Assembly: GCA_963845755.1 (NCBI GenBank)
Contig: CAWJTV010000019.1
Location: 367,335-431,334 of the forward strand
Source of the DNA: an uncultured Planctomycetota bacterium
GTDB taxonomy: Bacteria > Planctomycetota > Planctomycetia > Isosphaerales > Isosphaeraceae
Length of the DNA stretch: 64,000 nt
Direction: 5' to 3'
Under the pieces are notes generated by a model that made no database searches, was not told where the DNA came from, and saw only the letters and a program-made list of their open reading frames with translations. Position 1 is the first letter of the stretch; every line of letters starts with the position of its first letter. This document shows, piece by piece, positions 55,200 through 64,000 of the stretch. A program made the position numbers and the translations under genes.

Positions 55200-56047
55200 T
55201 AAGGATATCGGCGGGCTGGCAGGGCGGCTTGACACCGAACCGCGATTCGTCGCCGAACGTTCTCGCAGTCGTTCAGCCTGGGACGGTCGCCGCGTCGTCG
55301 GGCGCAGCAACGGGACCACGTATTTGCGGAGGAACCGCGGATGGTCCGGCCCGACATGACCGCCCCAATAGCCGGCCGACGCCATCCCGGGCCGCCAGCG
55401 GACCTGGCGCAGCTTGGCGTACTGGCGGACTCGATCCGCGTCCGGATCGTCGTGGCGAGGCAACAGGAAGCCCACCAGGCCCGCGGCGGACGTCTTGACG
55501 CGATCGATCGTGCCGAAGAGGCGCGTCCCGACGCCCAGGACCACGATGTCCAGCGGCGACCAGAAGACGACGACTTCCTGGCGTACTGCGGCAGGGCTCG
55601 CGTCAGGTCGTAGCCGGGCGAGACGGCCGGAGCCAGCAGGACCACCCGCTCTACACTCTCAGCCTCGAGCTGCTCCAGCGCCTTGACCACGAGGCCCGTG
55701 CCGCCCGACTTGGCGACCAGGAAGACCGGCTCTTCCGCGTGCTCCGACCGGAAGTGTCGTACGGCCTCGGCGATGAGCTTCGCCTGACGGTCCTGGTTGG
55801 CCACGTCGGTCAGGTCGGCGAACCAGCGACCCAATCCGTGGCCCCAGGGGAACAGCTCGACGGTATATGGCAGCCGCGCCATGCCCAGCATGTAACGCAG
55901 GCCGGTCCCGCAGAGATCCAGGCCGCCGACCCCGTCCGCTACCAGCACCAGGCCGTGCGCCGGAGTGGCCTCGCCTTGCGCAGCCGGCAAACGGCCGTAG
56001 AGCAGCCGGTAGAACGGTTCGATCACAGAGGACGTGAGCCATGCCAT
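55200..56047 (-). CDS. Alpha/beta-fold hydrolase-like protein; frameshift near 55590, 3' end uncertain
   Basis: LVADGVGG, FLVAKSGGTG, VVLLAPAVSPGYDL; LGVGTRLFGTIDRVKT in the second frame. Confidence 0.7.
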
Positions 56048-56355
56048 CGATGTCTCGATTCAACATTCAAGATTCCAGATCCCCAAGGGAGACGAGTCCG
56101 GTCCTTGGAATCGCGGATCTCGAATCGGGAATCCCTCGGGGGTTGCGGCCGATCGCCGCGTCAGGGGAGGAATCGCCAGGCTCCCTATCCATCTTATGAG
56201 GGAAGTGCGGCAGCGTGTGCCATCCAACTCGAAGGGACCTCGGGAACGACGTGAATGGCGCGAGCCTCGGTCCTGATTGGTGGTCACATTCAAGGACGAT
56301 CGGGTTATGAACCAAGTCCGGCAAAGCTGCAACCCCAATTCCTCCCGTTCCTCAT

Positions 56356-56994
56356 TCACGGCCTCCGCGCCGAGGGATGGATCTGGGGCACGTAGCCCGA
56401 CCGGATCGCGCGCACGGTCGATCCCGGCGTGAGGACGGTCACGACCTCGCCCCGCGGCCTGCGACGTCGTTCTCGATAGCCCCTCGCGGACCAGACGAGG
56501 AGTTCGTTACCCCAGATCAGGCAGGTCTCTCCCTCCTGGCCGCCGAGGCTGACGAACACGCCGTCCGGCAGGTCGTCGAGCTTCGCACGCTCGGTGCGTT
56601 TCGAGCGATCCGATCCGACCCGCTCGGCATGCAGCCGGTCGTCCATGTCGTCCGCCCGGATTGGCTCAGGCCCGACGGTTTCGGGGTTCCCCGCGGCCCA
56701 GGCGTCCCGGAAGGCCAGGTATCGGCTCCGGCGGCATTCGAAGCACGGGCGATGACCGGCGGCCAGGCCCGTGGCCTCGTCGAGGAAGAAGAGCTCGGTG
56801 TAGCGGTTCGGGGCCATGACCGTCCGATGCCGCCCGTTGAACTCGAGCACGCAAAGCAGCCACCGCTTCACCGCCCAGGGCCGGCGAATCCGGCCGTCGG
56901 CATCGTGGAGGATACCCCGGTTGCCCATCATCGTCCCCCGCTCCGGCACGGCGACGATCTCGCCGAACGGCGTGACCCGATTCCTCCTTGGCAT
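56356..56994 (-). CDS. Conserved hypothetical protein with an Ada-like RPCxxC motif
   Basis: NRVTPFG...MGNRGILH...YTELFFLDEATGLAAGHRPCFECRR...LPDG. Confidence 0.8.
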   Translation of the reverse strand: MPRRNRVTPFGEIVAVPERGTMMGNRGILHDADGRIRRPWAVKRWLLCVLEFNGRHRTVMAPNRYTELFFLDEATGLAAGHRPCFECRRSRYLAFRDAWAAGNPETVGPEPIRADDMDDRLHAERVGSDRSKRTERAKLDDLPDGVFVSLGGQEGETCLIWGNELLVWSARGYRERRRRPRGEVVTVLTPGSTVRAIRSGYVPQIHPSARRP

Positions 56995-57178
56995 GATACA
57001 ACCCCCGCGGCCCGGTACTCGAGTCACCGCCTGTCCATCGACAGCCGATGAGAATACCGCGCCGCGAAGACTGTGGCGAGATGGCCGGGATTCGCAGGGC
57101 CGCGTCGGTTCGCGTTGCTGGCAAGCGTTCTGTTGTCAGCCGGGCGATCCGAGGGCCGTCGGCCCCGTGAAGGGAGGG

Positions 57179-58576
57179 TCAGTCCTTGGTGTGGACCGTC
57201 GCCTGGTACGCGAATTCGGTCGTCGAGACGTCGCTCGTGTTCGCGCCGAGGACGATCCCAACCACCTGATTGCCGTAGACCGAATCCGAGGTGGTCAGGC
57301 CCTTGACGCCGGGGTAGTTCAGATTCACCCACGACCCGCGGCTGAACCGGCCGTTGAGCTTGCGCCGAACGGTCACCATCGAGCCCTGGGTTAAGTTGGA
57401 GGATCCGGTCTGGACCGACATGGCACTGAGCGTGTAAACGCCCCTCTTCACGCTGCTGATTCCTTCGAAGTGCGTGATAAAGTTGGTACCCAGGACCCCA
57501 CTGGGGTAGCTGAACGACGTCCAGTGTGAGAACCGGCCTGTGGCCGAGTTATAATCGACGAGGTACGCCTGGCCGATCGGCTGGTTCTGATCGGCCATGT
57601 TATTCGTGGAGACATTGCTGTATCCGCCGCAGATGGTGTAGCTGTGGCCGCCATTGTACCAGATCCCGTAGGCGGTATTGCTGATCGAGCCCGGAAAAAC
57701 GATGTTCGTGAGGAACTGACTCGTCGCAGTATTGTAGATGTAGCACTGGCCCGGTCCCAGGGGCAGTCCACTGGAGGTCGGGCCGTCGTAGTTGCCCACG
57801 GCCAGGCCGCCCATCGTACTATGGACGTAATTGTAGGTCGCGCCGGGGTAATCGATCGTGCGGTACGATCCGGCTGAGGACAGTTCGGCGGTCGAACCCT
57901 GGAAGAGGAAACCGTGGACCGCCACCGCGGCCGTCGAGTAATCGGCGTTCTTGTAGGAGCCGACCAGTTGGATTTGACCGCCACCCATCCAGTTCGGTCC
58001 ATAAACACTGGTGTTGTAGGCGTTGGGATAAACCACACCATAACTCGTCCCGATGCCTTTGATGGAACCGATCGTCAGGAGGCCATTCGAGGTCGAAGTG
58101 CCGGCGATCAGATACTTCCCCTCCACCCCGGCGCCACGGATACCCTGCCAGCCCGTGACGGGCTGGATGCTCACGTTGTTCGCGTTGTAATAGGTGACGC
58201 TCGTCGATTGCTGGTCCTGCTTGAACCGATGGTGATGTGACGAGACATCGATCCGCACGGCCTGTCCCTGGTTGCCGATGACGTTCACGCTCTCCTTGAT
58301 CGCGGGCAGCGCCTTTTGTCCGGCCTGGATCGAACCGGAGACCTTCAGGTCAATCGTGTCGATCCCCGGCCGCTCGTTGGATGCGATGATCGCGCGGTGC
58401 AGTGAACCCGCTCCGAAATCATGGAGGTTCGTCACCGTGAAGGTGGACAGGAGTTGCCGGCTCTCCAGAACCTCGAGGCCGCACTGACGCGAATGCCGGA
58501 CCGATCGACGTCTCGGGCGAGCCATCCGATTCGAAAGCCCAGATCGCAAGCGATTCACACAACTCGGTGTCACCAT
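57179..58576 (-). CDS. Secreted protein with planctomycete extracellular N-terminal motif
   Basis: LEVLESRQLLSTFTVTNLHDFGAGSL; G/S/T/Y/N-rich beta-type C-terminal domain; start may be 58525. Confidence 0.75.
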   Translation of the reverse strand: MVTPSCVNRLRSGLSNRMARPRRRSVRHSRQCGLEVLESRQLLSTFTVTNLHDFGAGSLHRAIIASNERPGIDTIDLKVSGSIQAGQKALPAIKESVNVIGNQGQAVRIDVSSHHHRFKQDQQSTSVTYYNANNVSIQPVTGWQGIRGAGVEGKYLIAGTSTSNGLLTIGSIKGIGTSYGVVYPNAYNTSVYGPNWMGGGQIQLVGSYKNADYSTAAVAVHGFLFQGSTAELSSAGSYRTIDYPGATYNYVHSTMGGLAVGNYDGPTSSGLPLGPGQCYIYNTATSQFLTNIVFPGSISNTAYGIWYNGGHSYTICGGYSNVSTNNMADQNQPIGQAYLVDYNSATGRFSHWTSFSYPSGVLGTNFITHFEGISSVKRGVYTLSAMSVQTGSSNLTQGSMVTVRRKLNGRFSRGSWVNLNYPGVKGLTTSDSVYGNQVVGIVLGANTSDVSTTEFAYQATVHTKD

Positions 58577-59042
58577 GAATCATCCTCCATTTCGAGATGG
58601 CGTGCGCGCGCCGTTTTTCCAATCGGCATCGACCTCACCGTACACGCGCGCGCTCGGGTGTCCTCAAGACGATTCGGAGCGAAGTCTTCCCTGAAGAACC
58701 CCTTCGATCGGCCCATCAGAACGATCAAGACGACGATCGCAGAACGTCTCACCGAGAAGAACTAGAACGAGAAAGCCAGGAAAGCAAGTAATGCGGAGAT
58801 TGCCCGACATGGAGAAGGGGCGATGAGAGGAGTGGGGTGTCCATCTGGTGGACCGCCTCCCTGACAGGGCCGTCGCCCAGGATGCGGCGGCGGCCCTCGG
58901 CAGCGCCGTGGGTCGGCGGTTCTTGTGTTGATCGGACCGGGACTTTCGGCTCCAATGGCCGGGGGGAAGCAACCGGATGGAGCGACTGAGCGGTTCGGTC
59001 GGGACTCATCCGGGAAATCCCGGCTCAACGCGGAGGGTTGCC

Positions 59043-59261
59043 ATGCCACTGGTTCAGGTCAAGGTCCTCGAAGGTGTCTTCTCGGACGAACAGAAGCAGG
59101 AGATGATTCGTAAGCTTACCGATGCCATGGTTTCCATCGAAGGCGAGACGATGCGTGAGGTCACCTGGGTCGTCGTCGAGGAGGTCAAGAGCGGGAGTTG
59201 GGGCATCGGAGGGAAAGCCCTGACCACGGCTGATGTCAGGGCAATCGCGGGCGGAGGGTGA
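59043..59261 (+). CDS. 4-oxalocrotonate tautomerase family protein
   Basis: MPLVQVKVLEG...QKQEMIRKLTDAMVSIEGE...WGIGG with catalytic Pro-1; GGAGG RBS. Confidence 0.93.
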   Translation: MPLVQVKVLEGVFSDEQKQEMIRKLTDAMVSIEGETMREVTWVVVEEVKSGSWGIGGKALTTADVRAIAGGG

Positions 59262-59309
59262 CCATCCTCGCGAGGGTCCGGGATATGCGGGCGCAGACAG
59301 GTTACCGGC

Positions 59310-62300
59310 TCATCGTGCGGGATCGACGGTCAGCTCGACCGCCTGCCCGGCCCCGACCCGAACCTCGCCCGGAAACGTGACGACCACCCTCGGTCCGGTC
59401 TGGGAAAAGGTCGCAGCGACATTCTCCCCGTTCGACCTGACATCGACCGCCCCGACTGTTGTGCCCGCCGGGATTTCCAGGGCGAAGGTCGTGAGCCGGA
59501 CCGTGCCGTGCCTGGGGCGAAGCGCCGCCGTGAGACGACCGCCCTCGCGTTTCTGCTCATAGGATCCCCAGGCTTCGGCGGATAGGAATGGGGCCCGGAA
59601 ATCGTCGGGGCTCAACCGGGGAGCAAAGCCGATGTGGCCTTTGGGCCCGTGGTACTCAAATCCGCAGGCGGCGAGGAACGCGCCGTAACTGGCCATCGAG
59701 CGGGCATAGTGGTCGCTGCACTCGACCTCGTTGTAGGGGTTTCGCAGCCGGGGATGATAACGGTCGTGGATGAGCCGGGCGACGGCCAACCCCTCGGTGA
59801 CCATCCCTTCCCAGATCATGTGCGAGGCGACCTGCCATTCGAAACCGGTCATGCACTCGTTGAAGTACATCGCCGACCACGCCCCCGGGCCGGAAACCTG
59901 AGGCGGCCGGCCGAACGGGAACGTGACCATCAGCAGACCGCCGTCGCCCGGCATCGCGTACCATCGGCCGGCCTGATTTACCTTTCGATAGGGCCCGACG
60001 TCGGGCGTCACGCTGAACCGCCAGAGCGAGCGGAGCGCCCGCTTGACGTGCGCCTCGTCCATCACCCGTCCCAACCCGACCTGCCAGGCCCACGACTGGC
60101 CGAAGACCTGGTCGATCTCGCAGCCGTCGTACGACCCGACCTCGGCCAGGTGCTTCGGGTCGCCGACGTGGACGTAGTAGCCCTTCTCTTCGCGCCAGGT
60201 CAGCCTGTCGAGGTTGACGAGCCCCTTTTCGAATCGGGCGCGGCAGGTCCGGGCGAACTCCGCATCGCCGACTTCATTGGCCATCGCCTCACCGGCCCGC
60301 AGCGCGGCGTGGTAGAGCCCGACCAGCCAGGGCACGACCCCGTACCAGTCGGCGTCGAGCGTGTTGTGCATCGGCCCGCGCAGCACGCCGGAGCCGTCTG
60401 CGTCCCGGTCGATCACGCATTGCAAGGCGCGCTTGATCCCCGGCCAGAGCCGTTTCAAGAACCGGTCGTCGGTTGACATCTGGTGCTCGCGGTAGGCCCG
60501 CAGGATCGTGCCACACTGGCCATCCACGGCGAACGTATCGCCGTACTCACCCCGGAATCGGATGACGCCGGTCCGCCGGTCGAGCGAGAGGCCGAAATCG
60601 ACGCGCTCGCGCAGGTCGCGCTCCAGTTCGGGGAAGATGCGGCCCATCGCCTGGGCGTAGTGCCAGACGTGGGTGCAGGTGCCGGGGCAGCAACCCACGC
60701 CCTCCCATGCCCAGAACCGGCCGTCGGCCAGCCGGTAGCAGGTCGTCGTCGCGAGGATCGACGTGTTGGCGAACGTGCGGTTCAGGAACCAGTAGGGGAG
60801 CGTCGAGTCGTACCAGGTGTCGCGCCAGAGCTTCGTGACCGAGGAGAGCCGGTCGAAGTTCTCGGCGACGTAACGGACGACCGCCGCCGCGGTCGGGAAC
60901 CTCGAGGCGTAGTATCGCCCCTTCAGCCGCCCGGCGAGCGTGAGGTTGGGAAAATGCCAGGCGACCACGAAGTGGACCGTAGCCGACTCGCCCGGCTTCA
61001 GCGTCAACGTCCGGCCGATCGACCCGAAGAGCCTGGCATCGAGGGGAACCTCGGTCGTGTCGCCGGGCTTGCCATCGAGCCCGTTGAGACCGGCCCCCGG
61101 CACGCGATGATCGGCGCTCCGGCCGAGCAGGGCCAGGCCCATGGTCCCGATGTCGGACAGGTCTTCGAATGGCCCCAGGTCCGGGGGTACGTCGCTGAAC
61201 GTGATGCGCCCGACACCGATATTCCCCCAACTGCCTTTCCGCGCGTCAACGATCTCCAGGACGGCCGACTTTCCGAGCCAGGGTCGGAGGTTGAGCGACT
61301 CCAGGTGCATCCGGTTGTCCGAGCGGCCGGTGACGGAGCGGACGACCTGGCCGTTAACCCGCAGGTTGACGCACGTCTCCCCGGCGTGGTTGCCGCCGCC
61401 GATCCAGAGCTGGAGGTAGTTCCGCTCGATGGCGAAGGGCCGGCTGGTCAGCTTGCCGGTCTGGTCGTCCTTGGCGCCGATGTCGTTGCCCGGGGCGGTC
61501 GCGTGCGAGTTGACCACTCGGGCGCCGGGGCCCCCGACGTCGCCCTGATAAGCCGGGATCTCGGTCTTGAGGATCGGCCCGTGGCCGAACGCCGTCCCCT
61601 CGACCGTCCATCCCTCGTAGGTGTCGTGCGACCAATCTTCGAAGACGACATCGGGCTTCGCGGGCGTGGCGGACTTCTCCGGCTTCGCGGCCGAGCATTC
61701 GAGGAAGGTGAACCCCGGGTCGTCGGTGATCCGGTTCCGGCGCGTGCCGGGGAGGTCGCGGTGGTCGAGCCCAACGGCGTTCTCGAGCCAGCCGGCGAGC
61801 GTGACCTCAACGTCGGCGCGATTCGTTCGTCAGGGTGAAACTCATCACCGTGGCCGGCAGACCCGAGTCCTCCGCATCGAGCGGGATGAACGGTGAATAG
61901 GCTTCGAGCCGGGCTGATACCGGGACGTCGGCGTCGCGGTAGGTCACGGTGCCGACCGGGTACTGGCCGAGGAACGTGACCTCGCGGAACCCGTTGCGGT
62001 CGAGCGTGACCGTCTTCTGACGCCGGCCGAACGGACCCGCAGCCAGAACCCCTGACCGACCGGCCCCATCGGCTCGGCCGGTGCGACATAGGCCGAGCCG
62101 TCGATCGGCGTCAGCCGACGGCCGGCGTAGGTCACCGGCTTCGGGTCGATTCCCAGCACTTCCTTGTTGAAGATGTTCCAGAGCCAGAGCCGGCCGTCGC
62201 CCGAGAGGTACAGGGTGCCGGTGCAGATGCCTCCGACCGGCATGCCGATGAACCGAAGGTCGGCGCCGGTGTACGTCTCGGGCGTACCCCGGCGGTGAGT

Positions 62301-62506
62301 TGCGCGAGCCACTCGGCCTTGAACTTCTTGTCGGGCGGGATGAGCGCCGCGAATTCCTGAGTATCGAAAGGCCCCGCAACCGCCTCACCAGCCGTGAAGA
62401 GCCCGGCCAGCCCAAGCCCCGAGAGCGCGAGGAACTCGCGCCGCGGCACCGACGAAGGGCCACAGCCGCACGAGCCGGACTCACATCCCTCGGGATTCGG
62501 ATTCAT
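59310..62506 (-). CDS. GH116 family glycoside hydrolase with Tat signal; several frameshifts
   Basis: PRREFLALSGLG; IGMPVGGICTG, AYSPFIPL, WEGVGCCPGTCTHVWHYAQ, DGQCG, HNTLD, RNPYNEVECSDHYARSMASY. Confidence 0.9.
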
Positions 62507-62559
62507 CGCGGTTTCCAATCTCGGTCTCATGATGTGCCGGAACAACGTGGCCGAAACGG

Positions 62560-63699
62560 TCACGGATGGTCGAGAGCGAGGAGGGCGAACGCCGTCGCCG
62601 CGTCGGTCATGAACTTACCCGCGTGCGACGCCGGATCGCGGCGGCTTGTTGAGTGACTGGGCCACCCAGGCCCCCGACTCCTGCTGGTGGGTCCGCAGCC
62701 ACGTTAGCCCCTTCGCGATCTGGGGATGATCCTTGGGGACCCCGGCGAGCTGGAGGGTGTGCAGGGCCAGGCCCGTGGCATATCCGTCCGGCCCGGTTTC
62801 CTGAGGGGTGTTATCCTGCCGCTTGAACTCGCCGAGCGACGCCAGGTTCCAGCCACCGTTATCTTGCTGCTTCGCCAAGATCTGGGTGACAAGCTGGTCT
62901 CGTTCGCTGCGGGTCAGGAAGCCGTCGATGAGCGTCGAAGCCCAGAGCGTCCAGATGCGATTATGTAGGTTCTGTTTCTCGACGTGGCTGTGAACGTATC
63001 GGCGGAGCCGGTCGACCCCGGTTTCCAATTCGGAGTCCGACTTCGCGTTGAGGTAGCCGGGCGCAGACCCGACCGCGATGGCGGCGAGGGCCGCCCCGTA
63101 GTAGCGGGATTCGCTCGCCTCCCAGGGACGGAGCCCGAAGTCCAGCCAGTCCCAGGATCCCGCGTCCGGCCCGTCAACCTGCTGCTTTGCCCAGAGGTTG
63201 CGGAGCGCATCGCGAGTCGAATCGCTCGGAGCCTGGAGCCCGAGGCGACGGTCGTTCAAGGAAAGAATCAAGGCGTTCAAGACCGACTCGGTGCCCCACG
63301 ATTCGAGCTTCTTCTTCGGCTCGTGGTCGTAGGAGAGCTTGAACCGCGGTGTGTCGAGCTCTTTCCAGTTGGCGACGCGGCGCCGGATGTTCCAGCATCC
63401 GATCTTCCTGGGCGGTCGGCTGATTTTCGCCTTCCATGTGCGCACGGCGGGCCGTCCAAAAGCGTACGACAGCATCGTGTGGCAACTGACGCAGGAGACC
63501 TTGTCCTTACCCTGACCACGGTCGCGCCCCCGAAATTGGACCACTCCGTGGCCCGCGCGTTGAGATACTTCGCCGCGGACTTGCCATCCCATTGAGCTTG
63601 ATCCCCGGCCTGGGCCTGCCCCAAGGCGAAGTTGCCGATGACCGCGAACATCGCGAGCATCGCGATGATCCGAGATCCGCGATTTCCGTTCATCGTCAT
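62560..63699 (-). CDS. Secreted prenyltransferase/squalene-cyclase-repeat protein; frameshifted
   Basis: Signal peptide; CVSCHT, GSWDWLDFGLRPWE, KQQDNGGW, DGYATGL, HQQESGAW...SLNK. Confidence 0.8.
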
Positions 63700-64000
63700 T
63701 CTCCCTGGTTCAAGGCTTCCGCGTCGGTAAACCCGGTTCGTCGAAGACGAGGTCGTTCTTCGAGGCGATGACATCAGACGATCCGCGATCAGCGTCGCCC
63801 CAAGACGCTGGATCGTCGCATCTCAACGCCCCGCCCGTTATTCCAACCGATTGGCTGGGCGATATCAAGACGCACACCAAAGGTAACCGGATCGTGGGTG
63901 GGCGTCTCGAAAGTGGGTGGAAAATTTCGTAGAACAGAGGTCTCTGATGGATTGGTCTCGATTCAGTAGTCCTTTGTTCACGAGGCTCCCCATGTCCTTT

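Noticed and set aside
56056..56135. Degenerate GATTC/GAATC short repeats as a regulatory array
   Set aside because: Similar to the low-complexity intergenic repeats at 1866-1890 and 2111-2150; no evidence of a specific function.
62560..63699. Squalene-hopene cyclase (shc)
   Set aside because: Too short, has a signal peptide, and lacks the DxDD motif; only QW-like repeats are present.

Overview
GC-rich bacterial DNA, very probably from a Planctomycete of the Isosphaeraceae (Singulisphaera/Aquisphaera-like). This is inferred from lineage-typical genes: an excisionase-HTH response regulator, a TIGR02984-type ECF sigma factor paired with a Ser/Thr kinase, an FG-GAP/ASPIC-UnbV protein and several secreted proteins with the 'LExLExRxLLS' N-terminal motif. 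About 15 genes carry single-base frameshifts, most simply explained as long-read assembly errors, so many CDS limits are reconstructed by eye. Enolase is the only clear housekeeping gene; I found no rRNA, tRNA or CRISPR array. Main points of interest: (1) a tightly coupled bacillithiol-like operon (28.3-36.7 kb) with bshA, bshB1, a roughly half-length BshC-like ligase, a Na+/solute symporter, a large secreted PIG-L deacetylase, DUF2911 and a HypR/YwnA-like Rrf2 regulator with a candidate operator; (2) a ~90-nt structured element present twice upstream of unrelated secreted-protein genes, whose substitutions preserve pairing on the strand antisense to those genes; (3) a three-level nest of an IS inside a REP-like palindrome inside a MITE-like element; (4) a possible leader-peptide attenuator before a TrmH methyltransferase; (5) a RES toxin with an ArsR-fused antitoxin; (6) several patches of spliced gene fragments. 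All family assignments come from motif recognition, not database searches.
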